A stretch of 64,000 nt of DNA, taken from sequence record MZ574432.2; one strand, 5' to 3'. Below, one piece after another: positions 34,925 through 45,132 of the stretch. How positions within the stretch are numbered: position 1 is the stretch's first letter; every line of letters begins with the position of its first letter. The notes beneath the pieces were generated by a model. It ran no database searches and was not told where the DNA came from. It saw nothing but the letters and a program-made list of their open reading frames with translations. A program made the position numbers and the translations under genes.

Positions 34925-35231
34925 AACTCGCGGCGCCGGCGCAAGCCGGCTGTCCGTCCGCCTCGCCGGAGGGCGTTAACTTCCGGTTCCCATTTCGCCC
35001 GAACGGGCAACCTGACCAGCGCCCCCTGCTAGGAGGGGAAACGCCCTGATCCCTCACCAGGATCAGCCCGGCCGCCAAGGCCGCCGGGACCAAAACACCC
35101 CGACAGAGAAACAGAGCTTCGGACCCTCGCGGTCCCTCCCAAAGCTCACCGGTGAGCCGGACGGTGGGAGAGTTCTGTCGGGGTTCTCTCCCACCATCCA
35201 CCCCGACCTAAAACCCCGAAACCTGTAGGAA

Positions 35232-35663
35232 TTGAAGACCATGAGCACCGTGCTCGACGACCTGTTCGCGACCAACACCACCGCCGAAGAAGACGGCGTC
35301 TGGGTTGACGTCACCGCCACCCTGAAGCTGAAGGTCCGCGCCTATAGCGCCAAGGTCGTGGGCGACCTGCGCGACAAGCTGACCAAGCCCTATCAGATGC
35401 TGCTGCGTCAGAACCTGAAGATTCCCGACGAGCAGAACGAAGACATCGCTCTGAAGGTGATCGCCGGCGGCGTTCTGGCCGACTGGAAGGGCCTGACCGC
35501 CAAGAACCAAGACGGCGTCGAAGTCGACGTGCCGTTCACGGCCGAAACCGCCTACGACTACCTGAAGCGCCTGCCCAAGCTGGCCAACTTCATCGTCGGC
35601 GTCGCCACCGACAGCACGTTCTTCAAGGATGAAGAACTGCGCGAGGACGGCGCAAAAAACTGA
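35232..35663 (+). CDS. Tail assembly chaperone, 143 aa
   Basis: Between tail tube and tape measure; ends GAKN* on the slippery site A AAA AAC (35654-35660). Confidence 0.85.
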   Translation: MKTMSTVLDDLFATNTTAEEDGVWVDVTATLKLKVRAYSAKVVGDLRDKLTKPYQMLLRQNLKIPDEQNEDIALKVIAGGVLADWKGLTAKNQDGVEVDVPFTAETAYDYLKRLPKLANFIVGVATDSTFFKDEELREDGAKN

Positions 35664-36067
35664 GAGCGGCGCTAGACGCCGCCTTGTCCAAGAAGACGGA
35701 CAAGGTCTCGAAGTTTCTGGAAGACCTCCGGGCGGAAGGGATCATTGATGGTCCCTCCGAGCCGGAGAACAAGCAGATCGAGGTCTACACCGATCTCATC
35801 TGGGTCTGGAACGCTTTTTGGCGTCTATCCGCCGCACGAGACATCGGTTTCGACCGCCCCAACCGCATCAAGGTCTCTGAAGTCAAGGCCTATGCCGACC
35901 TGAAGAGACTGGCCCCTCACAAGGCCTCCGAACTCCTCTTCTACGTAGACGTCCTCGACGAGTGCTGGATGGAGCACGCCGAAGACGCCCGCGCCAAGGC
36001 CGAGGAGGAGCGGAAGAAGAAGCAGAAAGACATCACACCAACCAAAGCACGCCCCAAAGGGCGGTAG
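35654..36067 (+). CDS. -1 frameshift extension of the tail assembly chaperone (G-T type fusion)
   Basis: A_AAA_AAC heptamer; the -1 frame (CTG AGA GCG...) runs uninterrupted into the listed 35684-36067 ORF. Confidence 0.8.
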   Translation, partial: KKLRAALDAALSKKTDKVSKFLEDLRAEGIIDGPSEPENKQIEVYTDLIWVWNAFWRLSAARDIGFDRPNRIKVSEVKAYADLKRLAPHKASELLFYVDVLDECWMEHAEDARAKAEEERKKKQKDITPTKARPKGR

Positions 36068-36073
36068 GGGACA

Positions 36074-39000
36074 ATGCAAGCCGAGGCTCTCCAGCTTACA
36101 GTCGACTCGAAGGGCGCCGTTGCCGACCTCGGCGCCCTTTCGCGTGCCTTGGATGGAGCCGGCCGCGCGTTCGACGGCTTCGAGAAGAAGGTCTCCTCCG
36201 ACGCGGGCAAGATCGACGCCGCGCTCCAGAAGTCCATGCGCTCGGCCGAGAAGTCGGCCAAGGTCGCCCAGCTTCTGGGTCAGGTCAAGATCAACGGCGG
36301 CTCGGCTTCCGCCCTCAAGGATTTCGCCGGCGCCCTGGACAGCCTGGGCCGCGCGCGCACCTTCACCGACGCCAAGCTCAAGGGTCTCCAGGAGTTCATC
36401 AAGCTCCTGCCGCAAATCCGCGTCCCCGGCGGCGTGGGCCAGCTTCAGCAGTTCATGACGACCATCGGCGGCGCCAAGGCCCCGTCGCAGGCCCAAATCC
36501 GCAATCTCTCCGAGTTCCTGAAGGTCCTGTCGTCGTATCGGGGCTCCTCGGCGACGCGCGGCGCAGGTCAGATCACCCAGTTCCTGCAAGCCCTTTCCGG
36601 CGCCACCGCTCCGAGCGCGGCGACGATCAAGCGCCTGGGCGACTTCCTCTCGACCCTGGCCAACGCCAAGGGCATCCCCAACGCCTCCCGTATCGCCAAT
36701 GACCTGATGATGGTCGCCAACGCCGCCCAGCGCGCCTCGGCGGCCTTTGGCACGCTTCCCAACAACCTGCGCGGCTTTGCCGCCCCAGCCGGCGCGGCGA
36801 GCACGGCCGCCAGCAGCCTTGCGCGTAACGCCGCCAACGCCGGCAAGACGATCGCCGGCAGCGGCACGCAGATCGCCGGCGCACGCACCCACGTCAAGGG
36901 CCTGGGCGTCGACCTGGGCGGCCTGGGCGATCGCTTCAAGCTCTCCTACCAAGCCGGCACGATCTTCTCGGCCCTGTTCTCCTCGTTCACGATCGGTCAG
37001 TTCGTGAAGGGCATCTATGATGCCGGCATCGAGATGGCCAAGCTGCAAAAGGCCATGCTGTTCACCACCGGCTCGTTCGATGGCGCCCAACGCGCGACCG
37101 GCGAGTACATGGCGATGGCCCAGAACCTGGGTCTGTCGATCGACAAGACCGCCGAATCGTTCGGTCGCTTCTCGATCACCGCCAAGACCGCCGGCCTGTC
37201 GGCTGAGTCGTCCAAGAAGATTTTCTCTTCGATCAGTAAGTCCCTGCAAGTCGTCGGTGCGTCCAACGAACAGACGCAGTATGCGTTCTACGGTTTGACG
37301 CAGATGATGCAAAAGGGCAAGGTTTCGTCCGAAGAATTCAACCGCCAGATCGGCGAACAACTTCCAGGTAACGCTGAAGCTGGTCGTCGTGCTTTGTCTA
37401 AGCTTGAAGGTCGCGCCGTCTCGATGGGCGAATTCTTCAAGAAGATGTCGACGGGCTCGATCATGTCGGCTGACTTCGTGCCCGCCTGGGCCGAAGAACT
37501 GAACAAGATGTTCGACCCGCTGAACGCGATCGCCCAAAAGCGCCCCGACGTGGCGCTGAACCGTCTGGGCAACGCCTTCAAGCTGTTCTCGGCGACGGCC
37601 GCCAACGCCGGCTTCATGGGCGCGGCAGGCAAGTCGTTCGACGAACTGGCCAAGAAGATGGTCGTGACCAAGGACGGCATGCTCGAACTCACGCCCGAGT
37701 TCCAGGCGCTGGCCGACCGCATCGGCACCAACCTCGGCAAGGCCGTCAAGACCGCCGGCGACTTCCTGAAGTTCCTGGCCGAGAACATCGACACCGTCGT
37801 CAATGCCGCCAAGCTCCTGCTGGCGATCAAGATCGGCTCGACCGTGGTCCAGTGGGGCCGTGACGCCACCGACGCCGCGAAGGGCTTTGGCATCCTGGCT
37901 GAGAAGATCGGCTTGGCGACGGCCGCCAGCGCGGCTCAGCAGGAAGTCAAGATCGGTACGGGCGTCGCGGCGACCACCGCCGACATCATCGCCTCCCGTG
38001 GTCGCGGTGGCGGTCGTGGTGAGACCGGCCGTCCGATGACCGCGTCGAACTTCGGCCCGGCGGGTTTCGCCGTCGACGCCATGAGCAGCTTCGGCAAGCG
38101 CCGGGGCGGCGTGGGCGCGGCACAAACCGCTGGCCGTGTCATCCAGGGCGGTCGCGGTCTCGGCGGCGTGACCGCCACGGTCGGCGCCAACGCCGCCATG
38201 TCGGTCATGAAGAGTGAGCCGCTGCTGGGCGCAGGCGCGCGCGCAGGTCTGACGGGCCTGATGGGTCCGCTGCGCTCGGTGCTGGGCCTGCTCTCCAACG
38301 CCCACCCCCTGCTCAAGGCGCTCTATGTCACCCTGATCGCCGCCGGCGCGGCCTGGGCGGTCTTCGGCAACAAGATGACCGAGGTACAGGGCAAGCAGGT
38401 CAAGGTCAACGACGTCCTGGGCGCCAGCTTCAAGATTCTGGGCAACAACCTCAAGCAAGGTTGGATGGACGGGATCGGCAAGAACTTCCAGAACTTCAAC
38501 AAGTACCTCGATGAGGTCGCCAAGGGTAGTGGCGGCTTCGTCACCCAGATCGCCACCGGCCTTGTCTGGCTGGGCGAGTTCGTGGGCAAGCTTGGCCAGC
38601 AGATGGCCTACGACCTGCTGAAGCCGTTCAAGCAGGTCATGGCCGCGATCGAGGCCTGGAAGAAGACCGGCAAGGTCACCGACGCCATCAGCGCCGCTGA
38701 CAAGTTCAACGCGCCCGCCAATCAGCCGCTGGCGCAAATGCGCTCGTGGAAGGACATCCAGGCCGAGGTCGAAAAGACCGCGATCAAGACGGCCGAGGAT
38801 CGTAAGAACGCCACGGTCAACTCGGGCAAGAGCCCTGCCGAACTGGCGGCGCAAGAAGCGCGGCAACGTCAGAATCGCGAGAACGCCGCTGCCGAAGCGC
38901 AAGGCCGCCTTGAGCAACTGCGCGACATCCTCTCGCCGGTCAAGACGCCCACGATCGAGGAACTGCAAAAGTCGTTCGTCGATCTGGCCGCTGCCGCCAA

Positions 39001-42000
39001 TCAGGCCACCGACAAGGTCAAGGCCATGGGCGAGACGGGCACCGTCGCGCTAATGGGCGGCGACTCCAAGGAGATGGCCTATAGCCTGATCAAGAAGAAG
39101 GAAGGCTATAAGGAAAAGGCCTACTGGGACGTCAACGCTTGGCGTGCCGGCTTCGGCTCGGACACCTGGACCGACGACAAGGGCGGCGTCCACAAGGTCA
39201 CCAAGGACTCCAAGGTCGGCGGTCGCGAAGCCGCCGCTGACTTGCAGCGCCGCATCGGCATCTTCCAGGACAGCGCCTCCAAGAAGGTCGGCGCGGACAA
39301 CTGGAACAAGCTGGCGGACACCACCAAGGCTGCCCTGACCTCGATCACCTACAACTACGGTCAACTGCCGGGCCGACTGGTCGCGGCGGTCAAGACCGGC
39401 GACAACAACAAGATCGCCTCGGCGGTCGAAGGCCTCGCTGGCGACAACAAGGGCGTCAACCGCTCGCGTCGCATGGAAGAAGCGGCCCTGATCCGTGGCG
39501 GCAAGCAGCATCCGATCGGCGCCAACGACATCGAGGACCTCGCCGAGAAGTTCAACAACGCCCGAGGCACCTGGGAAGGCCTTGCCGCGTCGCTGAACCC
39601 TGGCGCTGCTGCGGTCTCGGACCTCAACAAGTTCATCCTGACGCTGGAGGACCTGCGCAAGAAGCAGGAGGACTTCAACAAGGCCAAGCCCGGCGCGCCG
39701 CAGATCGTCGACACCAAGGTGCTCGACCAACTGATCGCGCGCAAGCGCCAGGAAGTCGAGGACCTGACCAATCCGCTGGGCAAGGACAACCGGGACGCCG
39801 AAAAGGCGCTCGAAATCGACCGCATGCGCGCCAACGGCCTGGAAGATATGGCCACGTGGCAGGAGAAGCTGAACCGTCTCCAGGATCAAGGCTACGACCT
39901 GTCGACCCTGAACCTGGACGCTGAGAAGCAGCGCTTCCTCCAGGTCCAGAACGCTAACCGCGTGCTCGAAGCCCAAGTCTCCCTGGCTGGCAAGCTGCGC
40001 GACATCGAGGCCCAGCGCGTCGCCCGCACGGGCAACGGCTTCCAAGCCGCCGAAGCCAACGCCGTGGCCAACCTGGGTCAGGGCCAGGAGACGCTTGACC
40101 AGACGCGTGCCCGCCTCCAGGCGCAAGGCACCTACAATCCCCTGGTCCAAGGCATCCAAGCCCAGGAAGGCGAGCGCCGCGCCGCCGCCATGCAGAACGC
40201 GCGCGACCAGTTCTCCGAAATGCGCGCCACGACGGGCCTGTCCGACAAGGACAAGCGCTATCGCGAGGCCTATAAGCAGTACCTGAAGGACCTGACCGGC
40301 GCCCAGAGCGATGCGCTCTCGACGATCGAGCAGTCGGCGACGGCTGCCGAGCGCAAGATGGCGGCCGGCTACACCACCCTGCTGCGCCAACTGGAAAACC
40401 CGCCGGGCTTCCAGCGCTGGGCGCAGGCGCTGCAACCGTTCGCCGATCGACTCCAGGACATCAAGTCCAACTTCATGGACGGCCTGTCGGACGGCATCAC
40501 CGCCGCCCTGACCGGCGATAAGTTCGACTGGCGCCAGATGCTGCATGGCATCTCCCAGCAACTGGTCAAGGCCCAGGTCGACTCGATGCTGAGCGGCGTC
40601 GTGACCGCGATCACCGGCAAGCCGGCGGCCCTCAAGCCAGAGCAGCAGGCTATGCTGGCGGCGGAGACGCAAACCAACGCGGCCATGACGCAAGGCCAAG
40701 CCGCGCAGATCAACCTGCAAGCAGCCCAGACGATCGCCCAAGCGGCGGGCGGCATGGGCGTGGCGGGTCCTGCCGGTTCGCCGGCCGGCGCCTTTGGCGT
40801 CCTGGCCAACGCGCAACGCCAAGGCGCCGGCGAGATCGCCAGCGCTGTGACCCAGTCGTCGGTCAACGGTCAGCAAGCCCTGGCCTCGATCGGCTCGATC
40901 CTGAACAAGCCCACGGCGCCGACCACGGCCTACGGCGCGGCGAGCAGCAGCATCGCCACGACCGGCGCCATGGACGTCACCAACGCGGCCATGCAGGTCG
41001 CCCAGTCGCAGATGAACGTCTCGGCCACGAGCGTCTCGCTCAACGCCGCCCAAGTCAATGGCCTGGGTGGTGGTGGTGGCGTCGCCGGCGCGGCCAGCGG
41101 ACTGCTGAACACCGGCCTGGGCAGCGTCACCGGCGGCACGGTCGGTGGCAACGGCATCCAGGGCCTGGGCAACATCCTGGGCGGTCTGGGCGGCATCACC
41201 TCCTCGATCATGGGCAGCCTGAGCGGCGGCGCCAGTTCGCTGGCCAACATCACCAACAACGCCGTGTCGGTGGCCGACAACATCCTCAAGCCTCTGGTGC
41301 TGGACAGCACGGGCGGTCCTGGCTTCCAGGCGGCGGGCTCGTTCATGTCTTCGCTGGGCAAGATCACCCCTCCGGGTGGCGCGGGCGGCCTGGGCGGTCT
41401 GTTCTCCAGCCTGGGCAGCGGCATGAGCGGACTGATGCAGGGCGCGGGCAGCATCTTCAGCATGTTCGCCGGTCCGCTGCTGGGCCAACTGACCAAGCCC
41501 AAGGCGGCCAAGTCGCAGAAGTTCAACACCGACAAGCCGCTCAACGGCATCATCGGCGAGCGTCGCGCGGTCAACCTGGAAGGTCGCGCCGTCGGCCCCA
41601 AGCAGAACATCATCGGCACGATCCTGAGCATCGCCACCGACCTCTTCAACCCGGTCGGCGGCATCATGAGCGGCATGGGCATCGCCAGCAGTGCGGCAGG
41701 CGCAGCAGGCGCGGCCGGCAGCGCTGGCGGCCTGGGCGGTCTCATGAGCATGTTCAGCGGCGGCGGCGCTGGCGGCATGGGCGGCCTGATGAGCATGTTC
41801 AGCGGCGGCGGCATGATGGGCGGCGCTGGCGGCATGGGCGGTCTGATGGGCCTGCTCAACGGCGGTGGCGGCGGCATGGGCGGTCTGGGTGGCCTTTTCG
41901 GCGGCATGTCGGGCCAAGGCGGCGGTCTGGGCGGCCTCTTCGGTGGCCTCTTCGGAGCCTTCGAGGAAGGCGGCATCGTCGGCGCCCCGGTGTCCAAGGT

Positions 42001-42295
42001 CATGGGCATGGTCAGCTTCCGTGATGCGCCACATTACAAGGAAGGCACGGCCAACACCTCGGGCATCCCGTCGATCCTGCACCCGAACGAAGCGGTCATC
42101 CCGCTGAGCCGTGGTCGCTCGGTCCCGGTCGAGATGAACGACAATGGCCGCTCCCAGCCGATCAACGTCAGTTCGAGCTTCACGATCGTGACCCCGGACG
42201 CCAACAGCTTCCGCCAGTCGAACGGCTCGATCATGCGCGAGCAGAACAAGCAGCAAAAGCGCGCCGCGCGCCGCAACCTGACCCCCGGCGGCTAA
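36074..42295 (+). CDS. Tape measure protein with internal GH24-like lysozyme domain, 2073 aa
   Basis: Tape-measure domain (QMMQKGKVSSEEFNRQIGEQLPG), helical Ala/Gly-rich body, IKKKEGY...AYWDVN.WR.GFG...RRMEEA, and C-terminal G.P.ILH.NEAVIPL. Confidence 0.95.
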   Translation: MQAEALQLTVDSKGAVADLGALSRALDGAGRAFDGFEKKVSSDAGKIDAALQKSMRSAEKSAKVAQLLGQVKINGGSASALKDFAGALDSLGRARTFTDAKLKGLQEFIKLLPQIRVPGGVGQLQQFMTTIGGAKAPSQAQIRNLSEFLKVLSSYRGSSATRGAGQITQFLQALSGATAPSAATIKRLGDFLSTLANAKGIPNASRIANDLMMVANAAQRASAAFGTLPNNLRGFAAPAGAASTAASSLARNAANAGKTIAGSGTQIAGARTHVKGLGVDLGGLGDRFKLSYQAGTIFSALFSSFTIGQFVKGIYDAGIEMAKLQKAMLFTTGSFDGAQRATGEYMAMAQNLGLSIDKTAESFGRFSITAKTAGLSAESSKKIFSSISKSLQVVGASNEQTQYAFYGLTQMMQKGKVSSEEFNRQIGEQLPGNAEAGRRALSKLEGRAVSMGEFFKKMSTGSIMSADFVPAWAEELNKMFDPLNAIAQKRPDVALNRLGNAFKLFSATAANAGFMGAAGKSFDELAKKMVVTKDGMLELTPEFQALADRIGTNLGKAVKTAGDFLKFLAENIDTVVNAAKLLLAIKIGSTVVQWGRDATDAAKGFGILAEKIGLATAASAAQQEVKIGTGVAATTADIIASRGRGGGRGETGRPMTASNFGPAGFAVDAMSSFGKRRGGVGAAQTAGRVIQGGRGLGGVTATVGANAAMSVMKSEPLLGAGARAGLTGLMGPLRSVLGLLSNAHPLLKALYVTLIAAGAAWAVFGNKMTEVQGKQVKVNDVLGASFKILGNNLKQGWMDGIGKNFQNFNKYLDEVAKGSGGFVTQIATGLVWLGEFVGKLGQQMAYDLLKPFKQVMAAIEAWKKTGKVTDAISAADKFNAPANQPLAQMRSWKDIQAEVEKTAIKTAEDRKNATVNSGKSPAELAAQEARQRQNRENAAAEAQGRLEQLRDILSPVKTPTIEELQKSFVDLAAAANQATDKVKAMGETGTVALMGGDSKEMAYSLIKKKEGYKEKAYWDVNAWRAGFGSDTWTDDKGGVHKVTKDSKVGGREAAADLQRRIGIFQDSASKKVGADNWNKLADTTKAALTSITYNYGQLPGRLVAAVKTGDNNKIASAVEGLAGDNKGVNRSRRMEEAALIRGGKQHPIGANDIEDLAEKFNNARGTWEGLAASLNPGAAAVSDLNKFILTLEDLRKKQEDFNKAKPGAPQIVDTKVLDQLIARKRQEVEDLTNPLGKDNRDAEKALEIDRMRANGLEDMATWQEKLNRLQDQGYDLSTLNLDAEKQRFLQVQNANRVLEAQVSLAGKLRDIEAQRVARTGNGFQAAEANAVANLGQGQETLDQTRARLQAQGTYNPLVQGIQAQEGERRAAAMQNARDQFSEMRATTGLSDKDKRYREAYKQYLKDLTGAQSDALSTIEQSATAAERKMAAGYTTLLRQLENPPGFQRWAQALQPFADRLQDIKSNFMDGLSDGITAALTGDKFDWRQMLHGISQQLVKAQVDSMLSGVVTAITGKPAALKPEQQAMLAAETQTNAAMTQGQAAQINLQAAQTIAQAAGGMGVAGPAGSPAGAFGVLANAQRQGAGEIASAVTQSSVNGQQALASIGSILNKPTAPTTAYGAASSSIATTGAMDVTNAAMQVAQSQMNVSATSVSLNAAQVNGLGGGGGVAGAASGLLNTGLGSVTGGTVGGNGIQGLGNILGGLGGITSSIMGSLSGGASSLANITNNAVSVADNILKPLVLDSTGGPGFQAAGSFMSSLGKITPPGGAGGLGGLFSSLGSGMSGLMQGAGSIFSMFAGPLLGQLTKPKAAKSQKFNTDKPLNGIIGERRAVNLEGRAVGPKQNIIGTILSIATDLFNPVGGIMSGMGIASSAAGAAGAAGSAGGLGGLMSMFSGGGAGGMGGLMSMFSGGGMMGGAGGMGGLMGLLNGGGGGMGGLGGLFGGMSGQGGGLGGLFGGLFGAFEEGGIVGAPVSKVMGMVSFRDAPHYKEGTANTSGIPSILHPNEAVIPLSRGRSVPVEMNDNGRSQPINVSSSFTIVTPDANSFRQSNGSIMREQNKQQKRAARRNLTPGG

Positions 42296-42322
42296 GCCGT
42301 CGGGGACGCTGCTCCTTTCCCA

Positions 42323-42338
42323 TGACGTTTTTCTTGAC
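42323..42338 (+). promoter_or_regulatory. Motif promoter (copy 10); -10 region overlapped by palindrome gtgtcac-N5-gtgacac
   Basis: tgacg-ttttt-cttgac upstream of the baseplate genes. Confidence 0.7.
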
Positions 42339-42413
42339 CGGTGTCACCATCCGTGACACTAAGGTCGCCTGCGCCGTTAACCATGGCGCCAACCTCCAAA
42401 AGCACCTCCCCAC

Positions 42414-43064
42414 ATGCCTGTCTTCCATGAAGTCCTCTTCCCCGAGGACATTTCCTATTCGAGCGGCGGCGGTCCGAAGTTCAAGACCACCGTCTTCATG
42501 TCCGATTCGGGCTACGAGCAGCGCAACATCGACTGGTCGAACTCGCGGGCCGAGTACGATGTCAGCCAGGGCATCAAGAACCAGGACCAGATGGACGTCC
42601 TCACCGCGTTCTTCTACGCGCGGCGCGGCAAGGCCTACGGCTTCCGGTTCAAGGACTTCAACGACTATCGCATCAAGCAGCAGGTGCTGGGCGTCGGCGA
42701 CGGCGTCAAGACCAAGTTCCAACTGATCAAGACCTACATCAACGGTCAGACCGAATCCGGCGAATCCTACACCTACACCCGCAAGATCACCAAGCCCGTC
42801 TGGGGTACGGTGGCGGGCGTGACCGTCGGCGTCGCCGTGAAGGTTTCCCCCGACGACTACGAGGTCGACTACACCACCGGGATCATCACGTTCTTCGTGC
42901 CGCCGCCCATGGGCGCCCAGGTCAAGGTCGGATCGGCCCAGTTCCATGTGCCGGTCCGCTTCGACACCGACCAACTCGACGCCACCCACGAATTTTGGAA
43001 CCACCAGACCTGGGGCTCCATCCCCCTGGTCGAGGTCCGCGACTGGACGGATGTCTTCGCATGA
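42414..43064 (+). CDS. Distal tail protein (DUF2460, GTA-like), 216 aa
   Basis: FHEVLFP.DISY.S.GGP.F.T...SG.EQRN..W...F.ARRG...GFRFKD and F.VPVRFDTD.L. Confidence 0.92.
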   Translation: MPVFHEVLFPEDISYSSGGGPKFKTTVFMSDSGYEQRNIDWSNSRAEYDVSQGIKNQDQMDVLTAFFYARRGKAYGFRFKDFNDYRIKQQVLGVGDGVKTKFQLIKTYINGQTESGESYTYTRKITKPVWGTVAGVTVGVAVKVSPDDYEVDYTTGIITFFVPPPMGAQVKVGSAQFHVPVRFDTDQLDATHEFWNHQTWGSIPLVEVRDWTDVFA

Positions 43065-44710
43065 AGGACTTGACCGACAAGCTCCTGGAGCACCTGCGCG
43101 GCGGCGTCACCACGATCTGCACGTGCATCGAGATCGTGCGCAAGGACAAGAAGTCCTTCCGGTTCACCGATCACGACGAGCCCCTGACGGTGGCCAACGC
43201 CATCTACGTGCCCTATGCCTCCTATGCCCGCACCTCGATCTCGACCTCGATCGAGAACGAGGTCGACGAGATGGAGATCAGGGGCATCCTGAACTCCAAC
43301 TACATCGCCCGCGATGACGTGGCCGCCGGCCTCTTCGACCACGCCGACGTGTCCATCTTCGTCGTCAACTACAGCGATCCCGACAGCGGCACCTGCGTGC
43401 TCCGCACCGGCTGGATCGGCGAAGTGACGATGAACGAGGACAACACCTACGTCGCCGAAATCCGGGGCCTGTCGCAAATCCTGACCTACCGGATCGGCGA
43501 GGCCTATTCCCCCGAGTGCCGCGCCGACCTGGGTGACAGCCGCTGCAAGCTCGCCCTCTCGCCACCGCGCTGGCAGCGCAACTATCGCTATGCGCGCGGG
43601 ACGAGCGTTCTGGGCGTGATCAACCCGGCCTACCTCTATCTGAACCTCAACTTCGTCAACCCGTCCTTCGACCAGGAGGGCTATGTCGAACTGACCCGCG
43701 ACGTCGAGGGTTGGACCACCTACGGTGATCCGCGAGGCCGCTGGTCGATCCGTCAGGACCCGTTCTACAACACGCCGGGCAAGGAAGGCCACGCCCTCTT
43801 CGGGACCGACGACGGCAAGGACCAGGACCCGGTCAAGCACACCGTGGCCGACATCGGCATCTATCAGGACCTCGACCTCGTCGAGCAGGGCGTCGACGAG
43901 TACGACATCGACAGCGGCGAGTGCCGGCTTTACGCGACGCTCTACAGCGCCTGCGTCAACGGCACCGAGGCCGGTACGCGTTTCCGCATCTATGCGCTGA
44001 ACGAATTCGGCGGCCAAATCTCGCCGGCCGCGATCTACGACACCGGCCAGAAGAAGACCGCCGAGGACAAGTGGTTCCAGACCATCGTCCAGGACCTGCT
44101 GATCCCGGCCGGCACGCGCAAGCTGCGCTTCGATCTCTTCGCCCACAAGCGCCCCCGCTACGAGGAAGGCGCGGCCTTCGACACCATCACCGCCGCGATC
44201 AACATGCCCGGCGGCAACTACGGCTCGGCCGATCAATACGGCGACGTGGCCTTCCTGGCGCTCACCGACGGGGTCAGCGGCGACACCGAGCCGGCGTGGG
44301 GCAACCTGCTCAACACCACCTACACCGACGGCTCCATCACCTGGAAGGCGGTCAAGTCTTGGAAGCGCACGACCTATGTCGACAGCGCCACCAACGGCGG
44401 GCGCAACATCGTGCCGACCTACGTGCCCGAGGGCAACGGCTACTATGACGGCGGACTGATCACCTGGGAGACGGGCAAGAACGCCGGCAAGTCCCAGGAG
44501 ATCAAGTCGTGGAAGGACGGCGTCCTCACCACCTTCCAGCGCCCGTTCTACCTGCCCAAGGAAGGCGATCGCTTCGTCATTCACCCCGGCTGCGACAAGC
44601 GCCGGGTGACGTGCAAGGAGAAGTTCGCCAACATCCTGAACTTCCGGGGCGAACCCGACGTGCCCGGCCAGGACAGCTACTACTCCACGCCTGACGCGCC
44701 GGTGGCCTGA
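43061..44710 (+). CDS. Baseplate hub protein (DUF2163, GTA-like) with inserted domain, 549 aa
   Basis: ATG 43061 overlaps the upstream TGA; FTDHD, CRA.LGD.RC and GCDK...TC..KF.NILNFRG.P.VPG.D motifs. Confidence 0.9.
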   Translation: MKDLTDKLLEHLRGGVTTICTCIEIVRKDKKSFRFTDHDEPLTVANAIYVPYASYARTSISTSIENEVDEMEIRGILNSNYIARDDVAAGLFDHADVSIFVVNYSDPDSGTCVLRTGWIGEVTMNEDNTYVAEIRGLSQILTYRIGEAYSPECRADLGDSRCKLALSPPRWQRNYRYARGTSVLGVINPAYLYLNLNFVNPSFDQEGYVELTRDVEGWTTYGDPRGRWSIRQDPFYNTPGKEGHALFGTDDGKDQDPVKHTVADIGIYQDLDLVEQGVDEYDIDSGECRLYATLYSACVNGTEAGTRFRIYALNEFGGQISPAAIYDTGQKKTAEDKWFQTIVQDLLIPAGTRKLRFDLFAHKRPRYEEGAAFDTITAAINMPGGNYGSADQYGDVAFLALTDGVSGDTEPAWGNLLNTTYTDGSITWKAVKSWKRTTYVDSATNGGRNIVPTYVPEGNGYYDGGLITWETGKNAGKSQEIKSWKDGVLTTFQRPFYLPKEGDRFVIHPGCDKRRVTCKEKFANILNFRGEPDVPGQDSYYSTPDAPVA

Positions 44711-45132
44711 TGCGCCGCCAGGAGATCATCGACGAGGCCCGCCGCTACGTGGCCGCCCGCACCCGCTGGCGCCCGCGCGGCCGGTCCATCCAGGCCGTCG
44801 ATTGCATCGGCTTGGTTGCCTGTGTCGGCACGGCGTTCGGGGTGCCGTACGAAGACATCGACGGGTACTCCCAAAATCCCGACGGCCGCTTCGTCGACCA
44901 CATCCGAAAGTTCATGATCTATCGCGATCCCCAGACGGTCGTTCCAGGCTGCGCGGTGATCTTCAACGACAACCACCAAGCCTGCCACATCGGGATCATT
45001 GGCGAGCGCTATGGCCAGCGCTCGCTGATCCACGCCTCCTTGGCGCAACGCCAAGTCGTCGAGGAGGAATATGACGGCCATTGGACGAGCCGCTTCCGCT
45101 GCGCGCTCGATTTCCCCGGAGTAGAGGACTAG
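44710..45132 (+). CDS. NlpC/P60 cell-wall peptidase, 140 aa
   Basis: DCIGLV catalytic Cys, HIGI and LIHA motifs; GTA-like synteny. Confidence 0.9.
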   Translation: MRRQEIIDEARRYVAARTRWRPRGRSIQAVDCIGLVACVGTAFGVPYEDIDGYSQNPDGRFVDHIRKFMIYRDPQTVVPGCAVIFNDNHQACHIGIIGERYGQRSLIHASLAQRQVVEEEYDGHWTSRFRCALDFPGVED

